DNA of 64,000 nucleotides. Origin: a virus. Taxonomy: Duplodnaviria; Heunggongvirae; Uroviricota; Caudoviricetes. The stretch's first letter is position 1, and every line of letters starts with the position of its first letter. The notes beneath the pieces are model-generated. The model was not told where the DNA came from. It saw only the letters and a program-made list of their open reading frames with translations, and did no database searches. A program made the position numbers and the translations under genes. Where the stretch lies: IMG/VR virus record IMGVR_UViG_3300042456_000759; one strand, 5' to 3'. This document shows positions 33,731-45,043 of this stretch, piece after piece.

Positions 33731-35929
33731 ATGACAAACAAATTTCATGTACTGGATCATCCCATGCTCCTTTATGCTGGACACACTACAACAGGTCATA
33801 CAAAAGACTTGAAAGCTGGTATTATAGGATTATTTGATGATAAGAATGGAACTGCTGTTACCGCAACTACTATTAAAGGTAATAAACCTGTTCGATTTGC
33901 TCAAGGATCGTATCATTCAAAAGACAACTTAGGTCTTTTTTATAGAGGTCTTAGAAATTCTTTAAAAACTGCTGACTTCTTACCTAAAGATGTTATGCAT
34001 ATTGAGTTCTCTCCATTTGCTCTTTCTCAGAATGAAAAATGGATATTTGGTTGGGATGGAATAAACGACTGTGAAACTCTTAAATTTGAATGTGGAAAAA
34101 CTCATAAATTCCGTGTTCGTATTTTTGGTGAAGGTGTTTATAACGAATTTACTAAACAAATTTTAAGAGATGTATCTGTAACTACTGCTTGTTGTGATTC
34201 AGATGAATGTGCTGAAGGATGTCCTGATAACTCTATTCATTGTCGTAATTATACTAAAGCTTTAGTTAAGGCTATTAATTCTGATGTTGAAATTTCTAAA
34301 TTTGTAAAAGCTGAAGTAGTTTATCCTGAGATTGCTGCCAAAGTATTAACACATAAAAAAATGTGTTTATCAGTTTGTGATAATGGAGATCAAGAAGCTT
34401 TAAGTGCTATTCAACGTGCTTATCCATCATTAACAATTACAAGAACAGGACGAGTTGGAAGTACTAGTACTTATCAAACAAACTGTATCTTAAATGCAAC
34501 TAGTGTTTCTAACTATACTCCATCAACAGATGTTTTATTATCTGTATGTAATACTTGTCAAGCTGGATTTACATTAGTAAACGGTAAAGATGTTTACACA
34601 ATTGTAAGAAATATTGCTGATTATACTAATACAGCTGATGTAATTGCTGATTATGTTGCTGCTTCTGTAGCTACTATTCCTACTACTGATGTTACAATTG
34701 GTACAGATACTATTACTGAAAATGCTCATAAATTTGTCACAGGTCAAGCTGTAACTTATTCTAATGGTGGTGGAACTACTTTAGCTGGTTTAACAAACGG
34801 AACGGTTTACTATGTTATCAAAACTGGAGTTAATTCTTTCAAAGTTGCTACAACTGCTGCTAACGCTTTTGCAGGTACAGCTATTGATTTAACTGGTACA
34901 GGTAATAACGCTCAAACTTTTACTCCAGTATTTACTGCTACTGAAATTGCTCACACTCCTACAACTGTTGTATTACAATTAGTTGTTGATGCTGGTGCTG
35001 CTGTTGCTGCTGTTGATGCTGGTGCTGGTATAGATGCTGTTACTAAAGGAGCTTCAATTCCTTCAGTATGTAGTCCTTCTGCTCCTTCAGCTATTGCATG
35101 GACTCAATGTGCTAGTGGTCATGTTGCTACAAGAACTTTGACAGCAATTATTAGTAAAGATTGTAATGGTTCTTCTAATAGACTTGCAGAAATTCAGGCT
35201 TATTATTCTACTGATCATACTATTACAGGAGTAACATTGCTTGAAGCTGGTGCATGTGAAGATAAATATCAGATCACTCAGCAAAGTGAATGTATGGGAC
35301 CTGATGGTTGTTTAACAGAAGAATTACCAGTATATGCTAATATTGGTTCTTTTGAAGGAGTAATGTGGGGTGAAGATCCTTGTGTTGAACCTGCTACTCC
35401 TGCTGAACAAAACTTATGTGGTATTCGTTTAGAAGTAAGTTCTAGTTACGATCGTTTTGGAAATTGTTCTTGGGTTCCTGAAGATTACTACACTTTCAAA
35501 CCTACTATGATGGAAATCTGGGAAGTTGAAGAAGATGGTGCTCCTTGTAAGAAACAAGTTACAGCTCGTAAATTGCAAAATGCAGAACAAGCTCGTCAAT
35601 CAGGTGAATGGGTTGCTCGTGAATATATTAACTTGGCTGCTTATTTATATCATAGTGCTTTTGAATCTGATCCACGTCTTCGTGAGATTTTAGATCAGAC
35701 TATCTATCAAATTGTTGATAAAAAGGCTTTCTATAATGTATTTTATATTAAGTATAAACAATATAGAGGTAGTAATTTTGAAGGTAATATGCAAAATGCA
35801 GAAACTTATGAAATTCCAATCGTTCTTAAAGAAGGTATTGATGTGACTCCGTTCATTAATTATCTTAACTCTATGTTTGGACCTATGGGAATCATGGTTC
35901 AGCCTAGAATTGGACAACCAAACTATTAA
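33731..35929 (+). CDS. large virion structural protein with Thr/Ala/Val-rich repeats and Cys-rich segments (732 aa)
   Basis: ORF track. Low-complexity T/A/V repeat region 34600-35050. Confidence 0.45.
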   Translation: MTNKFHVLDHPMLLYAGHTTTGHTKDLKAGIIGLFDDKNGTAVTATTIKGNKPVRFAQGSYHSKDNLGLFYRGLRNSLKTADFLPKDVMHIEFSPFALSQNEKWIFGWDGINDCETLKFECGKTHKFRVRIFGEGVYNEFTKQILRDVSVTTACCDSDECAEGCPDNSIHCRNYTKALVKAINSDVEISKFVKAEVVYPEIAAKVLTHKKMCLSVCDNGDQEALSAIQRAYPSLTITRTGRVGSTSTYQTNCILNATSVSNYTPSTDVLLSVCNTCQAGFTLVNGKDVYTIVRNIADYTNTADVIADYVAASVATIPTTDVTIGTDTITENAHKFVTGQAVTYSNGGGTTLAGLTNGTVYYVIKTGVNSFKVATTAANAFAGTAIDLTGTGNNAQTFTPVFTATEIAHTPTTVVLQLVVDAGAAVAAVDAGAGIDAVTKGASIPSVCSPSAPSAIAWTQCASGHVATRTLTAIISKDCNGSSNRLAEIQAYYSTDHTITGVTLLEAGACEDKYQITQQSECMGPDGCLTEELPVYANIGSFEGVMWGEDPCVEPATPAEQNLCGIRLEVSSSYDRFGNCSWVPEDYYTFKPTMMEIWEVEEDGAPCKKQVTARKLQNAEQARQSGEWVAREYINLAAYLYHSAFESDPRLREILDQTIYQIVDKKAFYNVFYIKYKQYRGSNFEGNMQNAETYEIPIVLKEGIDVTPFINYLNSMFGPMGIMVQPRIGQPNY

Positions 35930-35985
35930 TTAACAAATTAATCCTGCAAGGTGGGTGGGTCTAACCCATCCACCTTTTTTAGTTT

Positions 35986-36519
35986 ATGATATCAACATTA
36001 ATATTAAATATAGAATCAAAGAATGATCCTTACTATTTTGTAATAACAGATAGAAGTCATTATAATCCTAATCTTCCTGTAACTTGTGGGACATTAGAGA
36101 TAAAAGTACCAGGTGCAAAACATTCTGTATTTTTTAATGTTTTACCTAATTTCTCAACATCATATAACGCAAGTTCGTTAAGAATTCAAATTGCATCATC
36201 TCATGATACTTTAATTCCTTTACCTGATGGACCTTATTATGTAAAATATAGTATTAATCCAAATGAGCAGTTATATGTAGAGTATGTATTTTATAATACA
36301 GCTATGTTAAAATCTAAATACTTTGAAAAAGTATGTAGTTTTTTTGAGAATAAATGTGACTATACTATCAAACAGCAAAATGAAAAGATTGAAGAACTTT
36401 GGACTATTTCAAATAACTTAGATTTAATTAAAATTGCTGCTGAAGAATGTAATAATGTGCAAGAAGCTACTTTATTATATAATAAAACTTTTGAATTAAT
36501 AAATAAATACTGTGATTAA
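35986..36519 (+). CDS. tail/baseplate module hypothetical protein
   Basis: ORF track. Confidence 0.4.
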   Translation: MISTLILNIESKNDPYYFVITDRSHYNPNLPVTCGTLEIKVPGAKHSVFFNVLPNFSTSYNASSLRIQIASSHDTLIPLPDGPYYVKYSINPNEQLYVEYVFYNTAMLKSKYFEKVCSFFENKCDYTIKQQNEKIEELWTISNNLDLIKIAAEECNNVQEATLLYNKTFELINKYCD

Positions 36520-37048
36520 TTTTAATACTATCCATAAACAATTAGATAAATTAAACTGCTTAATGTCAGACATTAAGTTAAGTTCATTATATAATGAAGA
36601 TTATGGTATTTCATGCGGTATTGATTTTACAAAACCTAATAACAATTTAAAGTTTTTAAAAGTAAAAAAAGATATTCTTGAATATTATTCTCAATTTTCA
36701 AAACAAGAACTCGAATTATTACAAGCAAGTAAAAGATTAACTAATAAAAAATTAAAGAAAACCGTATCATTAGATGATGAAATGTATTACTGGTTATTAT
36801 CTAACTTTAACTCTATTAATTCTTCTTTGAATTTATTAAATAATTCAGTTGATAAAAATGCTGTGTTTACTCAATCTACTCCTTCAGTTACATGGGTTTT
36901 TGAGCATAACTTAGGATTTAATCCAACTCTTCAAGTCTTAGATCTAAACAATAATCCTATTTTAGGTTTCACAAGAACAGATGATTCAGTTAATAAAGTA
37001 ACTTTGACTTTTAATATTGCTATGTCTGGAAAAATATATGCTAGTTAA
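36512..37048 (+). CDS. tail/baseplate module hypothetical protein
   Basis: ORF track. Confidence 0.4.
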   Translation: MINFNTIHKQLDKLNCLMSDIKLSSLYNEDYGISCGIDFTKPNNNLKFLKVKKDILEYYSQFSKQELELLQASKRLTNKKLKKTVSLDDEMYYWLLSNFNSINSSLNLLNNSVDKNAVFTQSTPSVTWVFEHNLGFNPTLQVLDLNNNPILGFTRTDDSVNKVTLTFNIAMSGKIYAS

Positions 37049-37050
37049 TT

Positions 37051-37515
37051 ATGTCAGGAGGAATATTAGGCGGAGCTTTAAATGCTAATAATCAGCTGAT
37101 TAATAATTTAGCTGATCCAATTAACAATTTAGATGCTGTTAATTTACAGACATTAAAGTCCAATGTATCTATTGAAGTATATAATGCTGGAGAAAATATT
37201 AATTCTCATACTGCTGTTGTTCTAATTAATAATTTATTATATGCAGCAGATAGAACTAATCTTTCTCATTATTTTGCTTTTGTAGGATTTACATTAACTT
37301 CTGTGGTAACAGGTAATGTCGTTAATGTTCAAACTAAAGGAGTTATATCTTTAGCTGGATGGGGTTTGACTCCTAACGCTTATTATCAGTTGGATAACGG
37401 ATCTGGTATGATTACTACAACTCCTCCTTCTGGATCAGGGTTTACTCAAGTTGTAGGATTAGCTGAAAGTGCAAATAGTTTATTAATATTAAAAAACATT
37501 CCAATCTTAACATAA
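37051..37515 (+). CDS. tail fibre-like protein (N-terminal ADP...DAVNLQ motif)
   Basis: NNLADPINNLDAVNLQTLK resembles the conserved N-terminal motif of phage tail fibre proteins. Confidence 0.45.
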   Translation: MSGGILGGALNANNQLINNLADPINNLDAVNLQTLKSNVSIEVYNAGENINSHTAVVLINNLLYAADRTNLSHYFAFVGFTLTSVVTGNVVNVQTKGVISLAGWGLTPNAYYQLDNGSGMITTTPPSGSGFTQVVGLAESANSLLILKNIPILT

Positions 37516-37516
37516 A

Positions 37517-38017
37517 ATGCCAAAATTAATTAAAGTAAATCCTAACGGATCTCAACAAGAATATGCAGGAATAACATCCTCAGCTGGAGCTGGTTCTTCT
37601 GCTGAATTTCCTATTTTAGATGGTGCTGGAAGATTAGATATTACATTTATGCCTGTAGGTGTAGGTCAAGATTCTGTTTCAGCTACTGCTGGTGAAAACC
37701 TATCTTCAGGAAATTTTGTTTATTTCGATGGTACAGGACAGGTATTAAAAGCAGACTCAACAGCGTTAGCTAAACAAGCTAGAGGTTATGTAAATTCTGC
37801 TTTTATTAGTGGTGCTACTGCTACTGTTTTTTTTGATGACACAAATACAGGTTTATCTGGATTAACTCCAGGAGCTACGTATTACCTTGATACAACAGCA
37901 GGTGCTGTTACTCTTACACCACCTACATCTGTTAATAACATTGTTCAAGAAGTAGGATTTGCTACATCTTCTACATCTTTAAGAGTAAATATTCAAGAAC
38001 CTATAATTAGAGCTTAA
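37517..38017 (+). CDS. Gly/Ser/Thr-rich fibre-like protein
   Basis: ORF track composition. Confidence 0.4.
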   Translation: MPKLIKVNPNGSQQEYAGITSSAGAGSSAEFPILDGAGRLDITFMPVGVGQDSVSATAGENLSSGNFVYFDGTGQVLKADSTALAKQARGYVNSAFISGATATVFFDDTNTGLSGLTPGATYYLDTTAGAVTLTPPTSVNNIVQEVGFATSSTSLRVNIQEPIIRA

Positions 38018-38277
38018 TGGCTAATGTTAAACCTATAATATTAAATGCATCTGGTGTTTTGGAAGAATTAAGTAGTTCTAATACTTTAATTATTCCTACA
38101 TTAGCATCTCATCCTGGAACTAATGCTCCTTCAGGATTTGTTTATATTTATAGTTTGACTTCTGATAATTCAATTTATCAAAAGGATTCAGCTGGAGTTG
38201 TTACTAAATTAACAAACGATTCTTCAGGAGGATTAACTGAAGATGACGTTATAGGATTAATACTTTGTTTAGGATAA
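38017..38277 (+). CDS. small tail-module protein
   Basis: ORF track. Confidence 0.35.
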   Translation: MANVKPIILNASGVLEELSSSNTLIIPTLASHPGTNAPSGFVYIYSLTSDNSIYQKDSAGVVTKLTNDSSGGLTEDDVIGLILCLG

Positions 38278-38278
38278 T

Positions 38279-38809
38279 ATGAAAAAATTTATTGCACCCG
38301 ATTATGTATTTATACCAGGAATATCTGGTGTTGGTTATGTTGAGATAAACTTACCTAATTTTAATATTAAAAAATTAGTTTCGATTATTAATTCAACTAA
38401 GGGAGAGATTATATACTTACCAACAAGTCCATCTAAAACATTTGATTCTATTAATGATAATATAGTTATATTAAAATATAACACATCAGCTCATGCAAGT
38501 GACGATATATTACATATTGTATATGAAACTTCTGATGAATATGATTTGCTCGATACAATTTTATATGTGTTAAATAATATTTTTGAAAAATTACCAAGAA
38601 CAGATAATGCAGATAGAAGTGCTGTAAACGTAGAAACAGGTACAATAGCTGTATCCTCTTTACCTACTTTAGCATCAGTAACAACAGTTTCGACTGTAAG
38701 TACAGTAGGTACAATTCAAAACTTTGCAGGGGGAAACGCTGCTGGAGTTCCTATGCATCTTTCAAATATAGGTTCTTATCATTTATATGATAAAATATCT
38801 ATAAGTTAA
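38279..38809 (+). CDS. tail-module hypothetical protein
   Basis: ORF track. Confidence 0.4.
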   Translation: MKKFIAPDYVFIPGISGVGYVEINLPNFNIKKLVSIINSTKGEIIYLPTSPSKTFDSINDNIVILKYNTSAHASDDILHIVYETSDEYDLLDTILYVLNNIFEKLPRTDNADRSAVNVETGTIAVSSLPTLASVTTVSTVSTVGTIQNFAGGNAAGVPMHLSNIGSYHLYDKISIS

Positions 38810-38819
38810 ATAATATAAT

Positions 38820-40268
38820 ATGGCTATTACAAATAATTTAAAAAAACTTATTCATAGAAAATCTCCAGAATATTTGGCCCCTTTAGCTCTTAATACAGCT
38901 GCTGGTACTACTTTAGTAGGTGATAAAAGAAATTTAAACCCTAATTCTGTTATCTATGCAATTATAAATTCCACATCTGTTCATAGATATGATGGGGATG
39001 AGGATTCTTGGTTACAATTACCTGTAACTGGAGCAGCTGGAGCTGGTGGAGCTGGAAGTTGTGCTGATTATAGAGGATTAAGTGCTATGGGAGGTATTTT
39101 TACTCAACAAGCAACCGCAGGAGGAGTTGCAACAATTACTACTAATAGAACTATAGTACGAAATCTAAGTGGTAGAAGGATTAGAGTTATAGGAGGTTTA
39201 GGATTAGGGTTTGATGGTACTATTTTTTCTAACACTATAGGAGCAAACTCTGTAATTACAACTTCTGGGTCAACTACTTTTGATAACACTACTCAATATC
39301 AAATTTTTGCAGGTTCGTTATGGTATCAAAATGCTGGGACAGCTGGAGGATTTGTTGTTTATGATGCTGCAACGAATGTATGGACATCAAGAGCTGTAAC
39401 TGGAGCAGCTTCTTGGGGAACAGACGGTTATTTAGTAGCTACTCCAGGAGGAGCTGAGATTTTCTTAACAAGTACAGTTACTTCTGCTGCTTCTACTACT
39501 TTAACCGATACAACTAAGGCTTGGTTAACAAATCAATGGGCTAATCATCAAGTAAGGATCTCTGCTGGTACAGGTGTTGGGCAGATTAGAACTATATCGT
39601 CTAATACTGGTACTGTTTTAACTGTATCTTCTGCTTGGACTGTTAATCCTGATGCTACTTCTACTTATATTATAGAAGGAAACGATGATTATTTTTATCT
39701 ATTAGGAAATAATGCAGTTACTTTATATAGATATAGTGTCTCCGCAAATACATGGACTACTCTAACTCCGACTGCTGCTAGAGCTGGTGCTCCTGGAGCA
39801 GGAATGTCTGGAAGTTGGGTTTCTTCTGTTCCAACATGGGCATTAAATAGTAACGGTTCTCCTAATGCGTTGACTGTAGGTTCTACTGTTTATAAACAAA
39901 ATGGAAGATATATTTTATCTTTTAGAGGAAATGCTACTAATACTTTAGATCTGTATGACATATCTGCTAATACTTGGATATCAGGTGTAGATTATGGAAA
40001 TCGTAATGAAACTTTTACATTAGGTACAAATAGCGTTGATTATAAAGGAGATATCTTTATTATGAAAGAAGCTACGCAAAGAGTCTTAAAGTTTTCTATA
40101 GATGATTGGGCTATGAAATCTTTTACTTATAATCCAATACCACAAGGAACAGCTGTAGTAGGTCAAAAATTAGCTATATTGCCGTATGTTGATGGTGCTG
40201 ATGAACTTGTTTTTTTATATGGTGCATCTCATACACGAACTGATTTTATAAGAAATCTAATAATCTAA
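38820..40268 (+). CDS. Gly/Thr/Ser-rich tail fibre or spike-like protein (482 aa)
   Basis: Composition and position. Confidence 0.4.
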   Translation: MAITNNLKKLIHRKSPEYLAPLALNTAAGTTLVGDKRNLNPNSVIYAIINSTSVHRYDGDEDSWLQLPVTGAAGAGGAGSCADYRGLSAMGGIFTQQATAGGVATITTNRTIVRNLSGRRIRVIGGLGLGFDGTIFSNTIGANSVITTSGSTTFDNTTQYQIFAGSLWYQNAGTAGGFVVYDAATNVWTSRAVTGAASWGTDGYLVATPGGAEIFLTSTVTSAASTTLTDTTKAWLTNQWANHQVRISAGTGVGQIRTISSNTGTVLTVSSAWTVNPDATSTYIIEGNDDYFYLLGNNAVTLYRYSVSANTWTTLTPTAARAGAPGAGMSGSWVSSVPTWALNSNGSPNALTVGSTVYKQNGRYILSFRGNATNTLDLYDISANTWISGVDYGNRNETFTLGTNSVDYKGDIFIMKEATQRVLKFSIDDWAMKSFTYNPIPQGTAVVGQKLAILPYVDGADELVFLYGASHTRTDFIRNLII

Positions 40269-40276
40269 ATAAATAT

Positions 40277-40591
40277 ATGAAACTATACATAGTGATAGCT
40301 GCTCAAATTGCTGTTAATGAAAAAGGTCAATCTGTTATATTATATGATGATTCGACTGAAAAGTTTATACTTGATCCTGACGAATTAGAAGAAGGAGTTA
40401 TAGCTCCTTCAATATTATATCAAAATTATTTACAAAATAAATTTAAAGATTCTCCTCAGTTTAATATAATAAGGCAATTATTAAATGTAGATACATCAAT
40501 TGATATTGATGAAATTTTAGTGAATGAAGCTAAATCAAAATTATCTGAAGAAGAATTAAACGCTATAATCCAAAAATATACTAAAGAATAA
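40277..40591 (+). CDS. small acidic protein (possible fibre assembly or chaperone)
   Basis: ORF track. Immediately precedes the paralogous fibre genes. Confidence 0.3.
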   Translation: MKLYIVIAAQIAVNEKGQSVILYDDSTEKFILDPDELEEGVIAPSILYQNYLQNKFKDSPQFNIIRQLLNVDTSIDIDEILVNEAKSKLSEEELNAIIQKYTKE

Positions 40592-40594
40592 TTC

Positions 40595-42526
40595 ATGAAG
40601 CCTATAAATAGACCTAATTCAAATCAAAACTTAATAGTATCGTCTAATACTATTACATGGGAGGGTCCTAACATTCCTTGTATAGAGTTATGCACAGGAG
40701 ATACTGTTAGTTCTGTAGTATATAAAATAGCAGAACATTTATGTTCTATATATTCTAATATAGAAGATCTTAAAACTTTAGATTTAAAATGTGTCATAGA
40801 AAATTGTAATTCTTCTTGTGATTTAAAGGATTACTCTTTAAAAGCTATATTTGAAGTTTTGCTAAATAACGATTGTAAATTAAAAGAATTAATTGATTCT
40901 TTAGAATTTCAAATAAACAATATAGCTGAAGGAGGGTTAATATTATCTCTGGATTTATCTTGTCTTGAAACTCACTTTAATACTTTATGTATTGATAAGA
41001 ATCAATATACTTTAAATGATTTATTGCAATGTTTTATATCTATGATCTGTGATCAAGAGACTAAAATTAAAGATTTATCTGATCGTATTCAATCATTAGA
41101 AGTATTAATTACAAACTTACAAAATACAGTAGTTACAGGAACATATACAGAACCTTCTTTTACTACATGTGCTAATACATTACCCTTAAATCATAGTAGT
41201 ATAACACCTATTTTAGCTCAGTTAGCTTGTGATTTAAGAACTGACATAGGTACTGCTACAGAGATAGCTTCAGCTTTATCTCAACGATGTTTATCTGATT
41301 ATCTTTCTAACTCGGATATTATATTAAATCCAACTAATTTAGCACAAGATGATTTTAATAAATGGGTAATTATATGTGATTTATTAGATAGAATAAAATC
41401 ATTAGAAACAAATTGTTGTTCACCTTCATGTGATGATATTAAATTAGGATTTTCTTCAGTATATACAGTATCAAGTCAAACACTTACTTTAACATTTGCC
41501 AATAACACAGGTACTTCAATTCCTGTAGGATTTATAGATAACGGTTCTACAATCACTTTAAGTGATACTTCTAATAATACTATAACCTTACCTATAACTT
41601 TATCTAATGGTCTTATATGGATATCTCCTTCTTTATCGTTAGATTTCTCAAATCCTGTTACAGTAAAAATTAATAGTAATTTTATAGATAATTTAACTGG
41701 ATTAATATGTTTGGATTGTTTTGGTCAAACTATTCCTGCTCAAGAAATTGAATGTGAAATATGTAAAATCTGTGCAGCTAATGGAAATGTAGGAGATGAA
41801 ATTCAAATCACTTATACTACAGCTTCTAACTCAACTCCACAAACAGTTATATTAACTCAAGGAGCTTGTTTAAGTTTTGAGGTTCCTACAGATAAACCTA
41901 GTATATCTCAAGTTATTACTTTAACTCCAGGATCTGTAATTAACTTAACAAAAAATAGTGACTGTCCATCTGATGTTGTGATTCCTTTAAGTGTAGATCC
42001 TACTTGTTGGTTTTTCCCGCTACCTAAAAATGAACCTTTTACTCAAACTATTGTTGAAGGATTTGATTGTGCGTCTCCAAATACAGGACTGGTTCGATTT
42101 GGATACAACGTGGATTCATCTAAAATATACGAGTTTGTTGAATTAGATGCTAATATAGGTATCATTCCTTTATCTGGTAAAATAGCTAATGTTGCAAATG
42201 CTATACCAGGTGTAGGGACTGTAGGATCTTATTCTATTTCAACAAGTCCTAATACACCTACTTATACAAGTATGTTTATTGATTGTAATGCAGTTGAGGG
42301 AGCTATTGTTTATGGTGGGGGTGGTGAGTTTGATACATGTCAATTCATGTCTGGGCAATCATTTACTTTAGATACGTTAGGTTTTCAGATAGGTCCTAAT
42401 TATGGAATATATTTAAAAATAATTGGGCAACCTAGTACTTCAATTCCAGAAATAAAGTTATTCGATCCGTTTAGTAATCAACATTTTTATACCAAAGGTC
42501 AATTAATAAATTCATGTCCATGTTAA
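40595..42526 (+). CDS. Cys-rich fibre/receptor-binding-like protein, paralog 1
   Basis: N-terminal block GPNIPCIELCTGDTVSSVVYKI...LKCVIENCN...LKELID and C-terminal block TCWFFPLPK...KGQL...C.C, both shared with 42514..45009. Confidence 0.5.
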   Translation: MKPINRPNSNQNLIVSSNTITWEGPNIPCIELCTGDTVSSVVYKIAEHLCSIYSNIEDLKTLDLKCVIENCNSSCDLKDYSLKAIFEVLLNNDCKLKELIDSLEFQINNIAEGGLILSLDLSCLETHFNTLCIDKNQYTLNDLLQCFISMICDQETKIKDLSDRIQSLEVLITNLQNTVVTGTYTEPSFTTCANTLPLNHSSITPILAQLACDLRTDIGTATEIASALSQRCLSDYLSNSDIILNPTNLAQDDFNKWVIICDLLDRIKSLETNCCSPSCDDIKLGFSSVYTVSSQTLTLTFANNTGTSIPVGFIDNGSTITLSDTSNNTITLPITLSNGLIWISPSLSLDFSNPVTVKINSNFIDNLTGLICLDCFGQTIPAQEIECEICKICAANGNVGDEIQITYTTASNSTPQTVILTQGACLSFEVPTDKPSISQVITLTPGSVINLTKNSDCPSDVVIPLSVDPTCWFFPLPKNEPFTQTIVEGFDCASPNTGLVRFGYNVDSSKIYEFVELDANIGIIPLSGKIANVANAIPGVGTVGSYSISTSPNTPTYTSMFIDCNAVEGAIVYGGGGEFDTCQFMSGQSFTLDTLGFQIGPNYGIYLKIIGQPSTSIPEIKLFDPFSNQHFYTKGQLINSCPC

Positions 42527-45009
42527 ATTTATCATTTACAAATTATAATGCTGAAGAATTTGTTTGGGATGGTCCTACTATCTCATGTTTAAATTTATGT
42601 CATGGGGATTTGGTTTCTGATGTAGTTTACAAATTAGGTAAGAAAGTTTGTGATTTAGTGGATGACTTAAATTTTGAAGATTTAGATCTAGAATGTTTAA
42701 TTGATAAATGTAATGATTCTTATTGTTTAGATGATAGATCTTTAAAGAATTTATTTATCTTATTAAATCATAACGATTGTTCCCTAAAAGAACTTATTGA
42801 TGCTTTAGTTGATTCATTTAATGATAAAAAAGTCATTAATTTAAAATTGGATTTAACTTGTCTAAAAAATTGTTTAGATATAACTCCTCCAAAATATCAA
42901 TTCTTATGTGCTGATAACGGATCTGTAGGGGATTCTATCTCTATTACATATTTTACATCTGAAGACCCTACACATCAAACTCTTACTTTATTAAATAAAG
43001 AATGTAAACGATTTAACTATCCTAGTCAAACGATTACTATAGTTAGTTATACATCATTAAATCCTGGATCACTAATTCAACCTATTGTTAGGCTATCAAT
43101 AGGATTTAGTAATTGTTCTGATTGTGAAAATTACATTACAGAAATATTTAATATAAATGGAGAATGTTATAAACAGCAGGATATTAGTATCTCAAATATT
43201 TTGCAGTTTCTCATTTATAGATTATGTTGTATTGAGGGTATTCTAGTAGATATGGATACAAGGGTTTCTGATATGGAATCTTTATATTCATCTATTGTTA
43301 ATTCTTGGTCAGTTTATACTGAACCTTCTATTACATCTTGTTTATCTGTAAATCCTTTATTACATTCATTATTAACGAGTAGATTAGCTAATACTTTATG
43401 TGATATTAGAGATTCGCTAGGTAGTTCTTTGGATATTCAAAAAACAATAGCTAAATCTTGTGAGGTATCTTGGATAAGTATTGACTTACCTAATGTGTGT
43501 TTTCCTAGTTCTCCAAATAGGGTAGTTAATAATGTTATTATTGGTGGTATTAATTATCCTATTAATGTAGCTGTGGGAGTAGGGGACCCTATATCTATAG
43601 TAAATGCTTTAAATAATAATTTACCTGTTTCATTAGCTTCTTTCTCATTTAATCAAAATTTAAATCAGTTAGTTTATATTAATCAGTCATCAAGTCCTAT
43701 ATTGATATTTATGACAGATTGTTCAGGTTTAAGTTCCATAGTTATAAACTTTGTTGAATTTTCTAGCTCTGTTTATAATTTAGCTCAAAACTCTGAAAAT
43801 CAATGGTATTTGTTATGTAATTTAATTTCACGAGTTAAAGCTAAAGAACTTTCTTCATGTTGTATTCCTTCTTGTAAAGATCTTAAAATCAATTTTGCAG
43901 AGGTTTATATTGAAGATGAAGGTGTTTATAGTTTATTATTTAATAAAAACTATGGGAACATTATACCAGCAGGTTGGGTTGATTGTGGTTCTAAGCTTAC
44001 TGTAACAGATAGTAATAATATATCCTATACTTATGATATTGAATTCCAACAAGATTTTACATATGATTTGGATTTATCTGGTTTAAATACTGGAAAACCT
44101 TTGACGTTGAATATCAAAACTTGTTTATCTAACGGATCTTTGACTTGTAAAGAATGTATTACTAAGACTCTTCCTGCTGTTCAAGATGCTTGTAGTTTAT
44201 GTAGAATATGTGCTGGTGGTTCTGTATCAACTGATCAAATTAAAGTTACTTATACTACAGCTGATAATGATAATATAAGAAGTTCGATATTAAGTTCAGG
44301 TATGTGTTTAACTTTTAAAGTTCCTGAAGAATCACCTATTATTACTTCAATAATGATTTTAAGAGCTGGATCAGATATAGAATTATATGTTGATCCATCT
44401 ACTCAATGTTCTGAAAATATTATACTACCTCAACCTAAGATTAATACATGTTGGTTCTTTCCAATACCTTTATCTGAATCTTTTAATATTAATATGAAAC
44501 AATGGCAGAATCTATCTCCATTCTTTAAATTAGATTTTGATTTTTCAGAGAATTTAACAAACTCCTTTAAGTTTAAGACTTTAAAAAGTGATGTAGGTAT
44601 AACTAATTTATCTCCAACAAATACATTGGATGTAGAGTTAATAAATGCAAATTCTTCATTACCTCTTGGAGTTCCAGCAGGTTCAATGAATCCTGATGAA
44701 ATAATTATAAAACCTTCAGTCCCTACATATAGTCTTGGAGCAATTGCTAGTGTGACAACATGTGGTCAGATCGTTGGTACTCATTCAGGTGATACAAATG
44801 CTCCTGGAAGAATTACAGTTGGTATTACAAATGCAGGTTCACAGCAAGAATTGACTTTTGATTATTATAATGAAAATAATTTAGGACTTATTTTAGAACT
44901 TCAAGGACAAGATCCTTCAAATATTCCTGAGTTAACAATTACAGATCCAGTAACAGGAACAGAAATGATAATTAAAGGACAATTATACGATGATTGTACT
45001 TGTCAATAA
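42514..45009 (+). CDS. Cys-rich fibre/receptor-binding-like protein, paralog 2
   Basis: Same N- and C-terminal blocks as 40595..42526, with a divergent central region. Confidence 0.5.
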   Translation: MSMLNLSFTNYNAEEFVWDGPTISCLNLCHGDLVSDVVYKLGKKVCDLVDDLNFEDLDLECLIDKCNDSYCLDDRSLKNLFILLNHNDCSLKELIDALVDSFNDKKVINLKLDLTCLKNCLDITPPKYQFLCADNGSVGDSISITYFTSEDPTHQTLTLLNKECKRFNYPSQTITIVSYTSLNPGSLIQPIVRLSIGFSNCSDCENYITEIFNINGECYKQQDISISNILQFLIYRLCCIEGILVDMDTRVSDMESLYSSIVNSWSVYTEPSITSCLSVNPLLHSLLTSRLANTLCDIRDSLGSSLDIQKTIAKSCEVSWISIDLPNVCFPSSPNRVVNNVIIGGINYPINVAVGVGDPISIVNALNNNLPVSLASFSFNQNLNQLVYINQSSSPILIFMTDCSGLSSIVINFVEFSSSVYNLAQNSENQWYLLCNLISRVKAKELSSCCIPSCKDLKINFAEVYIEDEGVYSLLFNKNYGNIIPAGWVDCGSKLTVTDSNNISYTYDIEFQQDFTYDLDLSGLNTGKPLTLNIKTCLSNGSLTCKECITKTLPAVQDACSLCRICAGGSVSTDQIKVTYTTADNDNIRSSILSSGMCLTFKVPEESPIITSIMILRAGSDIELYVDPSTQCSENIILPQPKINTCWFFPIPLSESFNINMKQWQNLSPFFKLDFDFSENLTNSFKFKTLKSDVGITNLSPTNTLDVELINANSSLPLGVPAGSMNPDEIIIKPSVPTYSLGAIASVTTCGQIVGTHSGDTNAPGRITVGITNAGSQQELTFDYYNENNLGLILELQGQDPSNIPELTITDPVTGTEMIIKGQLYDDCTCQ

Positions 45010-45043
45010 ATAATTAAATAATAATAAAATAAATAATAATAAA